Shown here: in pieces, positions 10,891-24,970 of the stretch
Layout of the letters: each line of letters begins with the position of its first letter
Numbering within the stretch: the first letter of the stretch is position 1
Origin: Chiloscyllium plagiosum
Taxonomy: Eukaryota
Length of the DNA stretch: 64,000 nucleotides
Direction: 5' to 3'
NCBI RefSeq assembly: GCF_004010195.1
Contig: NC_057751.1
Location: 6,831,934 to 6,895,933, forward strand
Made by a program: the position numbers and the translations under genes
Notes under the pieces: generated by a model
Database searches by the model: none
What the model saw: only the letters and a program-made list of their open reading frames with translations
Told to the model about the DNA's origin: nothing

Positions 10891-13391
10891 GAGATTCTAA
10901 GTCTGTGCTCTCCAGAGAGAGGGGGAGAGGGACAGACTCCACACCAATTCAGCAGTCTAACTCAGATCCTTAGTTTCTGTCTCCATATTTCTGGTTGCAA
11001 AAACCTCATTTGACTTGCAAGGAGAAAGAAAAACCAGACTCCTCCCCCCCACCCAGGCTCAAAGAAGAAATGACTCTTGGACACTGGACTTCCAGGAAGT
11101 TTATAACCCTGATGAACTGACCTAAAAATTGCACTCTTTGGATTTATCCAAAACTCCAAAGTTACGCCTCCTTTCCTTTGGTACTTAATTTGCAGAGTGT
11201 TTCGATGCACAAAATGCATCATGCAACAGTTCCTTTGCTTTGTTTAATGTTCTGTCAATAATCCAAATCCATAATTTCTCATTTGTTTCCACTATAGACT
11301 TATTTCACAAGTTTAAATCTAAACCTTCTGTCACATCTGACAATTAATCTGCAATCTACCTTGGAGACACACACAATATCGTCACCGTATCATAGCACAT
11401 GACTTATGGGATAGAGGCCTCAGTCTGCACCTGCGGATACTTGCAACAGAACCTTTAATTTCTAATCAAATTGATCAGTGCAATTCCAGATAGAGTGGCA
11501 CTACTGAGTTGTCACATTGGTTGATTATGGGAAAAGTTTGTTGCAACTTTCAGGAGGCGACTCGTGTCTAGTGTGAACATTTGGTAGCGAACATAAGTAT
11601 TACCTAATCAGGCATAAATATCTTGCTGAGGATTAAAAACCCACCACTATTTCCATAACAGATCAAGAGGACAAGTGAGAAAGCCAAAAAAACCAGCATT
11701 TTGGGAACACACTTTGGCCCACATTCATAAGATACGAGAACAAAGAGCTCAAGATTCAAATCCAACAAGACTTAGCTGTTTCAGGCTTCAAGAGGTAAAA
11801 GCAGTCAATTTAAATTCACACTCAACTCCCCCCTCACATTTAAATTTGCAGCATTTGGTGTGCCAGTGATTGAAAGCAAGCACCTACTTTGCAGTTGCAA
11901 TAAATAAACTATTTGATAATAAAGAAACTGGAGATAGAGAGCAAATTAATCTACATCTCCAAAGCAAAGTGGACCTTTAGCCACAATCTCAGGAACCAAA
12001 CAAAGTGTGTCAGTATTGTACAGGACCTCAACATGTTTTACAATTTGCTGGGAATCACTGGAGGGAGGTTGATGTGGATCTTTGGTGTTATGACCTTGTG
12101 GTATCCTGTTGAGTGGTAATTGGAGGCTAGGATGAGATGTTCTGTCTTGGGGAAATCCAGAATTGAAGTTATTTTTCTGACCTGAGCTTGGCTGCTGAGA
12201 ACACAGCATGTAAATTTGAAAGCTGTCTGCCAGATTTGGCATACCATGTTTTGCAAGGCCAAGGAGTACAAAACCAAGTTTCAAAACTTTGCTGCTTTGT
12301 TTTGAGTGAACTGAGAAGTTGGCCTTGATCGGCAGTTCCAGAAAAGTAACAAAGGAATACACAATATCACTAAAACAAGGCACCATGGAAACTTCAGGAA
12401 GTCTGGCCAGTTGTTATTAACTTCATTTATCCCTTAGCTGTCTTTCATATGAAATGGGGGCCAAAAACAAATATTTTAGGGTTAAAGCAGACATGAATTA
12501 GAGGACTATTTTGTTTCAGTTTCTCTGCTAAAGTCATGGTCTATTTCATAAGTAGTCAAGTGTGTTGTTTAAGATACAAAACTGTCTGGAAATTAATTAT
12601 TTGCAAAGCCTGGAATTGGTTATTGAGCAAGGTCTGGCGAGAAGTCATGAGGGGAACCATTTAGAATTTTGCGATTTAATTCTACCATTTTGTGAATGCA
12701 GAGGTAGAAATGCTCAGGAGTATCTCAGCTGTCTGCCTCGATGGCATGCAAAGATGCCTTTCTGAATAACTTTGCCATGTCACTCATTCCCAACTTTACC
12801 TGTTGTGCATTCTTTTGCCTTCCAAAGGCTGTCTTTTCCAAGTATTTGAGACAATCTTGTCCCTGAAGTTGTAATTTCTTTTCCTTCACTTAATACTAAA
12901 GATTGAACTGATTGTAATCTGAAGTCATGAGTTTACAGTAAACTTCAGTGTGATCCATTCAGAAAAATGACATTTTGACTGACTGAGATCCCATTTCTTT
13001 GACTAAGTGTAACGCTTGGCTGAACGTCATGGATACAGCTGAGTTGTCACAGCTGCTACCAATTTCAGTTGCAGACAGAAGCAAGAACAGATGAACTCTG
13101 TGCCTTAACTGAAATCTCATTCAGAACTTGTCATTTTGATTTTTTATGTTGCGTATAAGTCCACTAAACGTCTTGCAGCCTCTGTTTATCAACTCAGCCA
13201 AGCTGTTAAGTGGAATGTGTTGGTCTAGGTTGTATTGACTTGCACAAGTCTGACCTTTTGCTGTTGGGGGCAAATGCTTTACAGGTGGGCAGTTGTGTAC
13301 CGCCTGGTCCATGCTGCATCCAGAGATGCACCTCTGCTAGCATGTGTCCAATCAACGTGGAGTAGTAGCACAAAAAGAGAAGTTCACATGC

Positions 13392-13419
13392 AACAGTGAA
13401 CAGTGAACAGTGAACAGTG
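13392..13419 (+). repeat. (AACAGTG)4 tandem repeat
   Basis: Read directly from the sequence. Confidence 0.95.
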
Positions 13420-14664
13420 TCATGAAATAGAGATTGTAACTGACATGTTTAGCATGAACAGTAGGCTGAACTGTGGGAAGACCAGGCCACTCCTTGATCA
13501 CTGTGTCCACTTTTGGCCACAAAGTCAGAAGTCAAGCCCCTGAGAGTGCACAAAGAGTTTGATCTAAAGTGTTGACGAGAAAGGAAGTACTGAATACAAT
13601 GGGATCCATTCACTTTGAAAGAGTGTTTTCACAGAGACAGATCAGTTAAAAATAAGTGAACCAGACAGGTTTATGTGAAGACAGCTAAAGCACAATGAGG
13701 TAGCAGAGGTTTAAACTTTGGCCATTTGTGCTAATTGTGGCCAGTATTTGGAATGCTCTTCAGGACAAGGCAAAGATGAAACCTTATTTGTATTGTAGAG
13801 ACACAATTTGCCAGGACCTCATTTCTAAAGTGAGCCTGTAAAGCACTCCACAGACTACATTGGCTTATTATTTCTTTAATTTTTCTAAATTTTGTTCCCT
13901 TTAAGAGCTGAATTTGAATCTGAACCTAGGTACCTTTTTCAGGATCTTATGTTGGCTCAAGCTGTGATCTTAAACAGAACTGAAGGGTTCAAAAACATAA
14001 TCCACAATCCCTTGACCCAAATTTAATCCAATGACATTTGAAATTTGGATCTTTAGGTTTTTGAGACAAAAGATTCCAGTGACACCTTGTTACTTAGCAG
14101 TTCACCTTATTTTTAAAAGGCACGATGTGTATTCATGGGAGATGTGCATTACTGTTTTGGCCTGCATTTTTATTGCCTATCCCAAATTGAATTTTCTTGC
14201 AGATTTTTGGCAATTATAATGACAAATGATTAGCTCATATCATATAGTGCTTGGAAACTGGGATAAATTGGGTAAATAAACAATTTAGATCAAGAGAACT
14301 TCGTTTCCCTCAAAATTCACCATTACCAATCCAAGATCTGAGTAAGGACAGTCTTTTTAAACACTGATGTGTGAGCCCAGTTCAAGACTGCAGTGTCAGC
14401 CTAAACGTAAATATACAATTTGCTGATAGTCAGCCAGGAGTGCTGCCAAGGTGACAAATAGCACATGAACAAATGAGGAATACGCTACAGAAAGCCAGCA
14501 ATATTTCAATGAGAAAGTGGCTTAAAAGAAAAGGAACACTTGTTCCAGCTCTTTTCTTATGTTGAAGTCGTTCTTGTATCCTCTCACCAGGAGGAAATAG
14601 ATTCAGGTACACACTTATCGAAATAAATAACTGAAGCTTATTGTAAATGCTGATCTTGAATAAT

Positions 14665-15147
14665 CACCCCATTATGGGAAGGATGTGGAAGCATTGGAAA
14701 AGGTGCAGAGGAGATTTACCAGGATATTGCCTGGTCTGGAGGAAATGTCTTATGAGGAAATGCTGAGATACTTGGGTCTGTTGTCATTGGAAAGGCGGTG
14801 GCTAAGGAGGGGATTTGATAGAGACATACAAGATGATCAGAGGATTAGATAGGGTAGATAGTGAAAGTCTTTTTCGTAGGATGATGACATCAGCTTGTAT
14901 GAGGGGGCATAGCTACAAATTGAGGGGTGATAGATTTAAGACAGATGTCAGAGGCAGGTTCTTTACTCAGAGTGGTAAGGGCATGGAATGCCCTGTCTGC
15001 TAATATAGTTAACTCAGCCACATTAGGGAGATTTAAAAAATCCTTGGAAAAGCACATGGATGGTGGGATAGTGTAGGAGAATGTGCTTAGTTTAGTTCAC
15101 AGGTAGGTGCAACAGAGGGTCTGTTCTGCACAGTATTGTTCTATGTT
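14665..15147 (+). mobile_element. CR1 LINE 3' fragment
   Basis: KDVEALEKVQRRFTR.LPG, IETYKMIRGLDRVD and RGHSYKLRG motifs; ttctatgtt tail; same subfamily as 41059-41663. Confidence 0.92.
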
Positions 15148-15149
15148 TT

Positions 15150-15254
15150 AAGGAGCAGTGCTCAAAAAGCTAGTGCTTCCAAACAAACCAGTTGGACCAT
15201 AACCTGGTGTTGAGATTTTAAAACTTTGTCCACCCTAGTCCAACATGGACACCT
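15150..15254 (+). mobile_element. Terminal fragment of a second Penelope-like family
   Basis: ggagcagtgctc-aaaaagctagtgcttccaaacaaaccagttggaccataacctggtgttg. Resembles a shark PLE terminus with a decayed hammerhead-like stem (gagc-agt-gctc) and AAAGCT. Confidence 0.55.
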
Positions 15255-16449
15255 GGGCCAATGCATTAACTGGGCTGAACAGTGTAAATGATGTTAAAAT
15301 TACTTTTACATTCACCTTTTAGGAATATGACTGATGCAAACACCTCTGTACTAAACAGTGATAAAAAGTCAGGAAATTGACTTTGGATCCTTCTGTTTAT
15401 TTTCAGTGAACTCTTAGGAACTGATGAAGTCCAAGATTCACTTTTTTTTACCTAAACAGAGGAGAATCATGTAATCGAAATTCTGTGAACTAAAATAATT
15501 CACAACTGTCTGTGAAAGTTGCTAAGACCTTAATTGATCAGGAAATACCCAGTTACATAATCTTATTGTACAGATTTGAGAATTTGCAATCTCAGTTTGC
15601 AAATTATGCAGTAATAGTCTTGGAGTGGTGGTGTCACAGAGCTGGTTAATTCTCTCGAATTGTGTGTTTTGTTTTAAAAAGCACTGGTTACAGACAGATT
15701 CTCACAGGAGAAGCAAATTGCCGAGTATGTGCCTAAATCCACTCTTCATGAGACAACACCGATCTTGATAGTCAACCACTGTTCTTTGTACTGAACATTC
15801 ATCCATCAAAGCAATGCAAACTCCCTTGTGCATTCGTGGTCACTGGACAGCCATCATGTTTTAATTAAAAACAGACGAATCATGGACTCTTATGTAAATT
15901 CTGCTTTCTTCCTGCTCATGCTGCCTTCCTCCAGCTATCCCTGGTTTTATTTCAGATTCAAACATCTGCAGTTCCTAGTTTTGCTTCATCTTGTTTAATT
16001 GACCTACCACTCAGCTCATTGCCAATATGCCTTGAAAGAACTCTCAATGGGGAGGACATTGCATTCTGCCCAGGGAATAGCAGTGTCTTGAAAAACACTA
16101 ACCAGTTTCATGGAAACTTGTAGACGCAAGGGAACTTTTGAACACTTAAGCTTGGTTTGACCTACATTAGTTGCATGCCTCATGTCAGATCACTTCACAT
16201 GGCACTGCACCCTTTGTGATAGCTTTCCTTTGGGCTCTTACTCTGGTTCCTGCACCATCCAGTCAGGATGTGACTGAATCACCCAGTGAAACAAAAGCTA
16301 ATTACATGAAGACGGCGAGTTTTCTACAAAAAGAGACAAACCACATGTTGGAAATACTCAACATACCTGGCAGCACTAGAGGAGAAAAAAAAAATGCAAC
16401 ATTTTGACGAGTATAGGACTTCACTATGCCCTACATTTCTCCCTCCTCA

Positions 16450-16800
16450 GAGTTGCTGACTCACAAGGACTCAGACCCACAGTCAGTAGCAGTCTTCACC
16501 TGCATACTCGGATGTCGTATCTGAGCTTCTCCCCCATGATCACCACATGAAGAACTCAACTAACCGTAAGCCTCCCAAGTTTCACACTTGGAAATGCTTT
16601 CATGACCAAGGATCGTGTCTGATGTTTTCACTGCACCATATCTCAAGTACAGAGATCAACTGTAGAAGCCCTTACACAGATCAATGATCTTGCTGTCCTG
16701 CATGGTTCTTCATCGTGTGACATACCACTATTGCATAAAAACATTCTGGACTTGCACAAAGAACTTCCTGTTCAACTGCAGGTGGAAACTTTGCAAGAAT
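16450..16800 (-). mobile_element. Possible RTE-like LINE fragment, decayed
   Basis: Loose resemblance on the minus strand to the RTE region seen at 47715-48310. Confidence 0.3.
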
Positions 16801-17229
16801 CTAACATAAAAGGGCTACACTTTACTTGGATGTGGCAACTCAAGGTATTCCTCACAGGTTTGACTGGCACTAGTGTGTTCAAATTGACTGTCTACAAATT
16901 TGTTACACATGCAAGGGTGATAACAGCACAACAAGGATGAGAGAATATTTCAGACTCTGGTGAATAACATGGCAAACAGCACGTATCCTTGACAAGTTTT
17001 AAGGATTGAGAATTAAGCAGAGGAAGAACCGAGAATGGATGGTAGGGGGATGAATTGAGAGTTCAAAAGATAAGACAAAACAATTAAATTTGATAAAAAG
17101 ATTGAATTTTAGTATTTAACACCATGTCTTCTGAAACAATTTACAATCTCAAGCAATGAGACACCATAATTGTAATTGTTCATCTTCTGGTGGCAATAAT
17201 CTGAAGTTTGATAGAGACAGAGCATTGAC

Positions 17230-18010
17230 ATCCAGAGTTCGGCCGACGAATGACATTTGCGTACACAAGTTCCAAGGAATGGTCATCTCTGACAAGAGAA
17301 TCTAACCATGTCCCCTTGTTATCCAGTGACATAACTGTTGTTAAATTTCCCGACTGTCAATCTGGGAGCTCCTGTGGCTTACTATTTACCAGAAAGTGAA
17401 GTCGACGAGCAATAATCAATACATTGGCGACAAAACAAATTAAGATCAAGATCATTGCAATTTTGTGGTAAGGAATTAATCTGACTCCCAGAAGCCTGTC
17501 CACCATCTTTCAGGCACAACTTAGGACTATGGTGAAAGCATCCCCACTTAGCAGCTCCAACAGCACTCACCAAGTTTGTGGGAAGCAGCACACTCGATTA
17601 GTCCACCACCCACCATCTTAGTTGTGCTCACTCCACCAAACGCTGTGGCAGCGTACGCTCTACAAGATATGCTACAACAGTTCACCAAAACTCCTTTGAC
17701 AACAAATTCAAAACCTGCTAACTCCTCTACTAACTTGACGGACAAGCGCAGCACATACACAAGAACAGCAAGGACTTAAAAGTTACCCACCAGGCTATGC
17801 ATCATTGCAGACTTGGAATGAAACCTCCATCACTATTTCCTTTGCTGTCACTGGATCCAAATATTGGAACCGCTTTCCGAAATGGTGGGCGAATCTACCC
17901 CATTTGGACAATAGCTGTTCAAGGTGGCAACTCATCACCACCTTCTCTAGGACAGCCAAGGATCAGCAATAAATGCTAGCCTAGACAAAAATGCCACATT
18001 CCATGAAGTA
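17230..18010 (+). mobile_element. CR1/L2-clade LINE 3' portion, decayed
   Basis: Tail gttcaagg..gcaactcatcaccaccttct..agga...gcaataaatgct.gcc recurs at ~19490-19580, ~32270-32370 and ~46800-46990. Confidence 0.7.
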
Positions 18011-18724
18011 AGAGAACCATGTTATTTCTGTTTGCAGTGAATTCCAGTGCTCTTCCCATTGTTGATACTGAGTGAGCTTGGAAGATGTAAAGGCAGATAA
18101 TGGTGAGTGGAGAGTATATTGATTGACAAAATTAGTGTTGAGCTTATAAAGTGAGAAGTGGATTGCATACAGGGAAAAGCTGGTGCATGAGTTAGTGAAG
18201 CAATATGGGGTGGTGGAGCAGTGGCATTGTTGTGGCCCGAGAAAACATGTGGGTTGAGTCGATGGGCAATATCAATGTTGCTGTCAAATACATAACAGCG
18301 CACCTCTTTGCCCCCCCAAGCCCACTTTCTCTTACAGCCAACTATACAACATTTCCAGGGTGAGCTGTTAGGACTCAGGAACACTCTCTTGGGTACCTCA
18401 CGATTGAGCTGAGAGTTCCCCCAACTCGTGAAGCAATTTCTTCCCAAGGTCAGGTTTGCAGAGCTGGGCACTGGCACAACTACACACTGCTGACCCAGGA
18501 ACAAATTTCCAGGCCAGATTTTGAGTTCAACTTAAATGAGGAGACTTCAACCTTCTGTGGTGGGAACTTAATTAATAATTTCTGTTCCCGTTATCACAAA
18601 TCTCAAGGTGGTTCAGGGCAAAGTGCGGTGCGCTCAAAGTGGAGTTCAAAATAAGCACCAACAAAATGACAGTTTTACAATTGGCTGGCCAGTTACTACA
18701 TTAGTCGTGGTGTTACTAATGGTT

Positions 18725-18980
18725 AAGAAAATGTCTCATTTATATGGCACCTTTTTCAATCCCTCAGTGTGTCAACACACTTGCCAGTTTCTCAGGTATT
18801 TCTGCAGAGTTTGTCTGCTCTTTTTGTGACAGCCAGTTTGCACTCAGCAGGCTCCGCAAACAAGCTTATAGCCAGACGATCAAGTAACCTGCTTTTGTCA
18901 TGCTGGTCGATTGGCTCAGATACTACTCAGAACTCTGCTGCTTTTCTTCAAATAATGTAATGTGATTTTACGTCTCTTCC
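18725..18980 (-). mobile_element. DeuSINE-like fragment
   Basis: catttatatggcacctt...cagcaggctccgcaaaca...gatcaagtaacctgctttt...ttcttcaaataatg is the reverse complement of the family at 7790. Confidence 0.6.
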
Positions 18981-19769
18981 AAAGAATAGCCTGCAGTTTT
19001 GTTTTTAGCAAAATCTGGCCCTTCAGGTTAGAGGCAATGTTTAATCTGTGTGGGAGGTCTGGCTTCTAAACATTTTTTGACCATATGACTGTTGCAATAT
19101 ACTTTATTGGCACCATGTCATTAATCCTAATGATGTTCTCATGTGGTGATTCTGTTCATGCATCTCTCTGCTCTCGTCCATACCAGCTTCAAACTAATTA
19201 TCATTGCTCAAACACAGTTTGACTACAGCAAATGCCATGTCCCATTATTGCATTTGTGTTTCTTGTTTTTGAAATGTGCTAAAATTCTTATCACCGACAT
19301 CATTGTGTAGCATTAACCTGCCAGGGTTCTCAAACATGCGATCTCTGTTGCCTACAAGGCCAAGAGCACTGAGTGCATTGAGAAAGCACCATCTTCACAT
19401 CGTATGCTGCTTCTTCATTGTAGTGATGTCAAATTTCAGGAGCCCCCAGCCTAACTATACTATTGGTGTCCCTTCACCGCTTTGACTGCAGTTCAAGAAA
19501 ACAGCTCATCACCACTTTTTCTAAGGGAAATTGAGGTTAGGCAGAAGCTGGCTGAGCCAGCAATGCCTATGTGCCACAAAAGAAAAAGCAAGTGCATTGA
19601 TAGTCTTGCTGTGTTGGGTTCACTGTCAAAACATAGTATGGGTTAAGGAACAGTCTGAGCTGGTTTGTCCTAACCAGTCATATGCATGTTGTTAAAGGCA
19701 ACAGCTCACAGGAACTGGTCAAAAAGAACCGGATTTGCCTCTTGTGGTCTCAGATGCCTCAGTGAATCA

Positions 19770-20260
19770 AATTACTTTGAGATGCACTCACTGTGACAAC
19801 ATCGCATCCCATTTTTAGACCAAGCTCCCACCAACAGCAAATACAAGGTAACCTGCATTAGTGACGTTGGTTGATTGATCAACAGTGTGCACACTGGGTG
19901 AACTCAACTTCTCTTCCACAGATTGTCGTGTTACTCCTAATGGCTCATTTGGAACGCAGAATTTCAATATAGTACACTGAGGTGCCAGTCTAGATTACAT
20001 GCTATGTTTTCTGTAGGGGATTTTGAATTTGTTCGTTCAGAGATAAATACAAGCCAGGATGTTGAGGAAAACTCCATTGTAATTTTGAGCAGAGCAATCA
20101 TGAAAATGTTTCACATCTATATGGGTTCCTGGTTTAATATCCTCTGTGAAAGGCAGTATCTCTGCAATGCAGCATTGCCTCAGTAATGTGGTATCGAGTA
20201 CTGGGCTGGAATATGCCGTCAAGTAGTTTTAAAAGGGACTTGAACTCCCTTCTGAATGGA
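19770..20260 (-). mobile_element. DeuSINE-like fragments, probably two
   Basis: ttactttgagatgcactcactg..caagctcccaccaacagcaa; tttaatatcctctgtgaaaggcagtatctctgcaatgcagca...gggacttgaac. Confidence 0.5.
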
Positions 20261-21009
20261 GGAATTCATGCCCATTAATTCAGTGGATTAAGACTTCATT
20301 TTGAGTTGCACAAAAGACTCAAACAGACAGTCAGAGATTAAATCAAATAATCAGTTTCATGTACACAGCTTGCATTTCAAACAGGGACAGTGGAAATTGT
20401 TCCATTGTATACCTGATGGAACTTTTTTTTCCTATTCATTTAGAGTATACCAGGTTCAAAGTGGTTTGAAATTGCAGCAGACCTGCCCCATGTGTCAAAT
20501 TTTTCCTTGTGCAGAATTTTTCCAGCAACTAAAATGTCTGCCACAATCATGTAGACACAAGTTGCCTCAGTTAGTCATTGACACTTTAACAATTATTGTC
20601 TGTGCACTGTGATTAAAGTAGCATTTTCAGTAAACATTGCTAAAACTTTGGGAAAGGGTGACACATGACAACCAGTTCTTGTATTTGCTGTATTTTCTTA
20701 TTTGTTTTTGAGTTGGATAAGAGGGAGATGGAAAACGACTACATAAAAATGGAAGTAGTCCCATTTGGCACCGCGCCAACGTAAAGTGTTTGAAAACTTA
20801 CTTCATTCAGAAAAACATGTTGTCCAACTGTCTTGTAACAACTTAACATGTAGAATTACATCTACTTCCTGCAGAAAAAAAAGACCATTAGACCTATGCT
20901 GGTGCTTGTGCTCCTCACGAGCATCCTGTCATCAGGCTTCATGCCATCCCATTATTTTTGCCTTATGTTTTGATTAGATTTTTTGTTTTAAGAAACAGAG
21001 ACACTTCTG

Positions 21010-21640
21010 TACGACTAGACTTGTTAGCTTCAGTTGCAGACAGTTGTCCGATGTCATCAAGAAAATCTGCAATGCTGTGCCACTGATGGAAGTAATCCTG
21101 AAATCCCAAATGGGTCACTGAGGAAAAACATACAACACCAAATCCAACATGTTCCAATTTGAGAAGCATATCAGCCCCAATACTGAATTCATACAAATCA
21201 GGCAGCACTTATGCTCAAGGTCTTGAATGTTGGATGATCGGAGATGCCGAGGCATATCTTGAATTACATCCTCTTACATAGTCTGAAAAGGATCGTGTGA
21301 ATCAAGTGGGAAGATGAGAGTCCTGCAAAACACACCAAGTACTGAGTCCAGGATAAGCACACATCAGCTACAGATTCTAGGGCATGTCATCAGAATGCTT
21401 GCTAAAAACTGCCAAACAGGATCTTTAGTCAGCGGTCCATCCAGAGGGCCATTCACATGGAAGCCGAAGCAAATGTTTTACATGTATGTCAGCTTCCACA
21501 GAAGTCTATTCTATTAACACCATCACATGGGAAGCAGATGCCCAATCTCAAACAAATCGATGATCAAAAATATTAAAGAAATGGTGTTGAGAGCTCTCAA
21601 ACAAGAGCTGCGATGGAGATAGAGCAAGACAGATGGAAAA
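21010..21640 (+). mobile_element. RTE-clade LINE fragment, decayed
   Basis: LGHVIRM..KNCQ motif (ORF 21314-21517) followed by acatgggaagcagatgc (TWE.A-like). Confidence 0.5.
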
Positions 21641-22417
21641 GAGTGCAGCTGCTCAAACTAATATTCTGTCTGTACCTGTCCCAGTCCCAGTCAAAAACCA
21701 TTGTCCTCTACATGAGGGCCCATAAGACTAAACAAGTTGCGAAGTGAACAGTTCGATCAGACTTACAACTCTGCCATCTCCAAGGATGGATCATCCTGGT
21801 CATGAGGGACTGTCAATATTTAAAGAGAGAAACAGCACAAAATTTCCATTGGTGCATCTTTGGAGGATTATCAAACAAACTTTGGACACCCAAGAAGATC
21901 TGGAACAAAGGTTTCAAGGTAGAGCTTGAAATACCATGATTTAGCAAGAGAATATCAGAGCCCAAGGCAGAGACAGCCAAGTGCACAGTTGTTATTGCAG
22001 AATAATTTAAAACAGCACGGATGTGCTCAAAGCCAACCTTGGAAGAGTAGAAAATCTAAGTTTGAAAACTTGGAGAGTTTACAAAAAACAAGCAAGGTAA
22101 AAATCACTGAAAGATTTGCCAACTCTCAAGACACTTCTGCGTAATAGTTGAGACTCAAGAGTGCTTGGGACATTGCAATCAGGCCCTTTCACAGGGCTTT
22201 GTTTTTCCCATCTCCAGTTCCATTTCCTTGACAGAACAGTGGGTGCTAAACAGCCAAAAAAATGGAGTTCATGTAGCAGATCAGTCCTGATTTTATTGAA
22301 TGGCAATAGTAGAGAGGCTGTTTCATAGGACCAACAAAATCTAGCAGTGAGCTATAGAATGAGATATTCGAGCAGTTGAGTAAAAGCTTGGCCAAATGGA
22401 CAGGTTTTTCTTTAGAT

Positions 22418-22605
22418 AAGATTAGATTACTTACAGTGTGAAAACAGGCCCTTCGGCCCAACAAGTCCACACCGACTCGCTGAAGCGCAACCCACCCAGA
22501 CCCATTCCCTTACATTTACCCTTTCACCTAACACTACGGGCAATTTAGCGTAGCCAATCCACCTAACCTGCATATTTTTGGATTGTGGGAGAAAACCCAC
22601 GCAGT
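22418..22605 (-). mobile_element. HE1-like V-SINE, partial
   Basis: acaggcccttcggcccaacaagtccacacc...ggcaatttagcgtagccaatccacctaacctgca..tttggattgtgggag (V-domain plus CR1-type tail). Confidence 0.85.
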
Positions 22606-24627
22606 TTTAAGGAGCATCTTCAAGGAGGAGAGCAAATTAGGAGGTGCAGAGAGCCAAGGGGAAGGAATTCCAATGCTTTGGGCTTTGGCAGTTGAGCTAC
22701 AGTTGAGTGTTGGAGCAAGGAACATCAGGGATGCTCAAGTTGCCAGAATTAAATTTCTGTTTTGGGGCTGGAGAATAAATGACAGAGATAAAGAGATGGC
22801 AAGAGCACAATGACAAGTGACGTCATCTTTTGGTGAAATTTCAAATTTACTGAAAGTTCACTTTCCACTGCTTGCATTGATGGAGTGGAACACAACAGCC
22901 AGTGGGCTAATAGTTGCGTTTGCACAGGTGCAAGCTGTACCATCTGTGAAGCAATAAACCTAAAATTAGAAATGTGAATTGCAGCTCCTCGACAGTCTCA
23001 TGTTCTTTGTACCTTGGTATCCTTTCCACCAGCCACTGATCATTTACATTCAAGCCATATGTACAGAAATGTCATCTACATTTACTTTAATGGACAGTTG
23101 CTGAGTTCTATAAACAGTTCTGGATGGATAGGTTTGCCTTCTAGGCATGATCCTCAACCACTGTCACTTCTGTTCCATTATCACGCAATATAAATACTTC
23201 TAATAAAAATGTTGCCTGAGGTTGTCTTTCGAAATAGCCATGGTAAAGTTAGTCAGTACATATATATTGTATCGTTTAACAAGAAATTGATCTTGTCCAA
23301 ATTGGATGAACTTTTCTCGAGTTTGATTTGGTCATATAGCTCAAGCCAATTTCACATCCATTGTTGGAGTTTGTGCAGATTCTGAAAAAGAACAACAAAT
23401 CTACAACAAACAGCTGATTAGATTCAATAGGTTCTGACACTTGACTGATAGACATAGCCACTCACCTTCTCTGCTACAGTGACGTGTGGACATGACTCTT
23501 GTACCAAAAGTTGCCAGTAGACTAAAAAAGTACACAGATCCACATGATGACAGAGTTTTCACTTTGGGTAGAGATAGATTTTTCCTAAATGAAGAGAGGG
23601 AGCACATTGCAGACACAAGTAAAGTAAATGGAGGTAGACTTGTGCTAAGGCAGCTCAAGCAATGGTCTCTGGTGGTGGAAGGGTCAAGGCCATGCAAAGT
23701 GTTTGAGAGCGAGGCTGAGCACTTACTAATTGGGCTGTCAGTAGAACTGACAGCCCACTGCAACCTATTGAGTACAGGAGTTTGGGATGCAATCGGATTT
23801 ACAATGCAGTAATACATTGGTTGAACTGAAACTGCTACCAAAAGGAAGAGGAATCACGTTAAGGCTGGAGACCAGAATTTTTGGCAGGAATGAAAGGCAA
23901 TTGTGGCTGTCTTCCCAGTAATTAGCTTGAGGAAATCTCTATTTATCAATTTATGGATGTTTGTACAACACACAGGAAGGTCCCAGCAAAAAGGTTATGG
24001 TGAGCTTTAACTGGTGGCCACTGGCCTGTATGTGGAAGCGGATGTGAAAGATAGCCTCTTCCTTGTATTGGTGTGCTGTTACTCTGTTAACCCACTTATG
24101 CATTTCCTCGTGTTCCTGAACTTGTTCTGCACATTCATCCGTGCAACATATTGCAAATATCCCTCCCTGCCTTCCCTTCTTAAACCAAAACAGAGTCAAT
24201 AGAGTGGAATTTTACATACCATCACCCATCCATTGACACTTACGAGCATGGCGAAATTGAATGGATGGGATGCATTGGCCAACTTGCCTCTGCTGATATT
24301 TTAACCAGCATTGGAAGAGTTGTTGGCCAGACTCCATTGAGCTAATTGACACCCTCAAATCAATGACTAATGGCTACTTATGGTCATCTCTCTGCCACTG
24401 CTTTCATTTTACCAGCAGCTTAACGTATATAATGCAACTTCCACATTAACCTTTGCAAGTTGGTCGGGAACTAGCAATGAGGAGGTTTCCCCAGAGGTTA
24501 GGCACTCTGTGGGCAATGGAACACCATCCCCTCTCCCACGACACTGTTCTTGCATCCCAATCACGCTTCCAAATCCCTTGACTGGGGCTTGCCCAGTTGT
24601 GCCCAATTCTCATTGAAACAAAAGTAA

Positions 24628-24970
24628 ATGCTGAGAGGAAGTTTCCCCTTCATGGAGAGTCTAGGACCAGAGGGACACGGTCTTAGAATAAAAGGGGTGC
24701 CAATTCAAGACTGGGATCAGGAGGAATTTCTTCTCTCAGGAGTGAGTGTTGTTGCAACTCCTCGCCACAGAGAATGCCTGGGTGGTGGTGGTGCGGGGGG
24801 ATGGCGGGGGTGCAGAGTCTGTTATTTCAGGCTGAGATTCATTCTTATTCAGTAGGACAATCAAGGGTTGCAGGGAAAGGGTCGGAATGGGAATGTGAGC
24901 AACATCAGATCAGCATGATCCTTATTGCATGGAAGAGCAGGCTTGAGGGGCTGAACAGCAGCTCCTGATC
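24628..24970 (+). mobile_element. CR1 LINE 3' fragment
   Basis: FPFMES..GHGLRIKG motif; atcagcatgatccttattgcatgg..gcaggcttgaggggctgaa tail. Confidence 0.75.

Noticed and set aside
11946..12386. 146-aa minus-strand ORF
   Set aside because: No domain motifs or coding-like composition recognised; probably a chance ORF in repeat-derived DNA.
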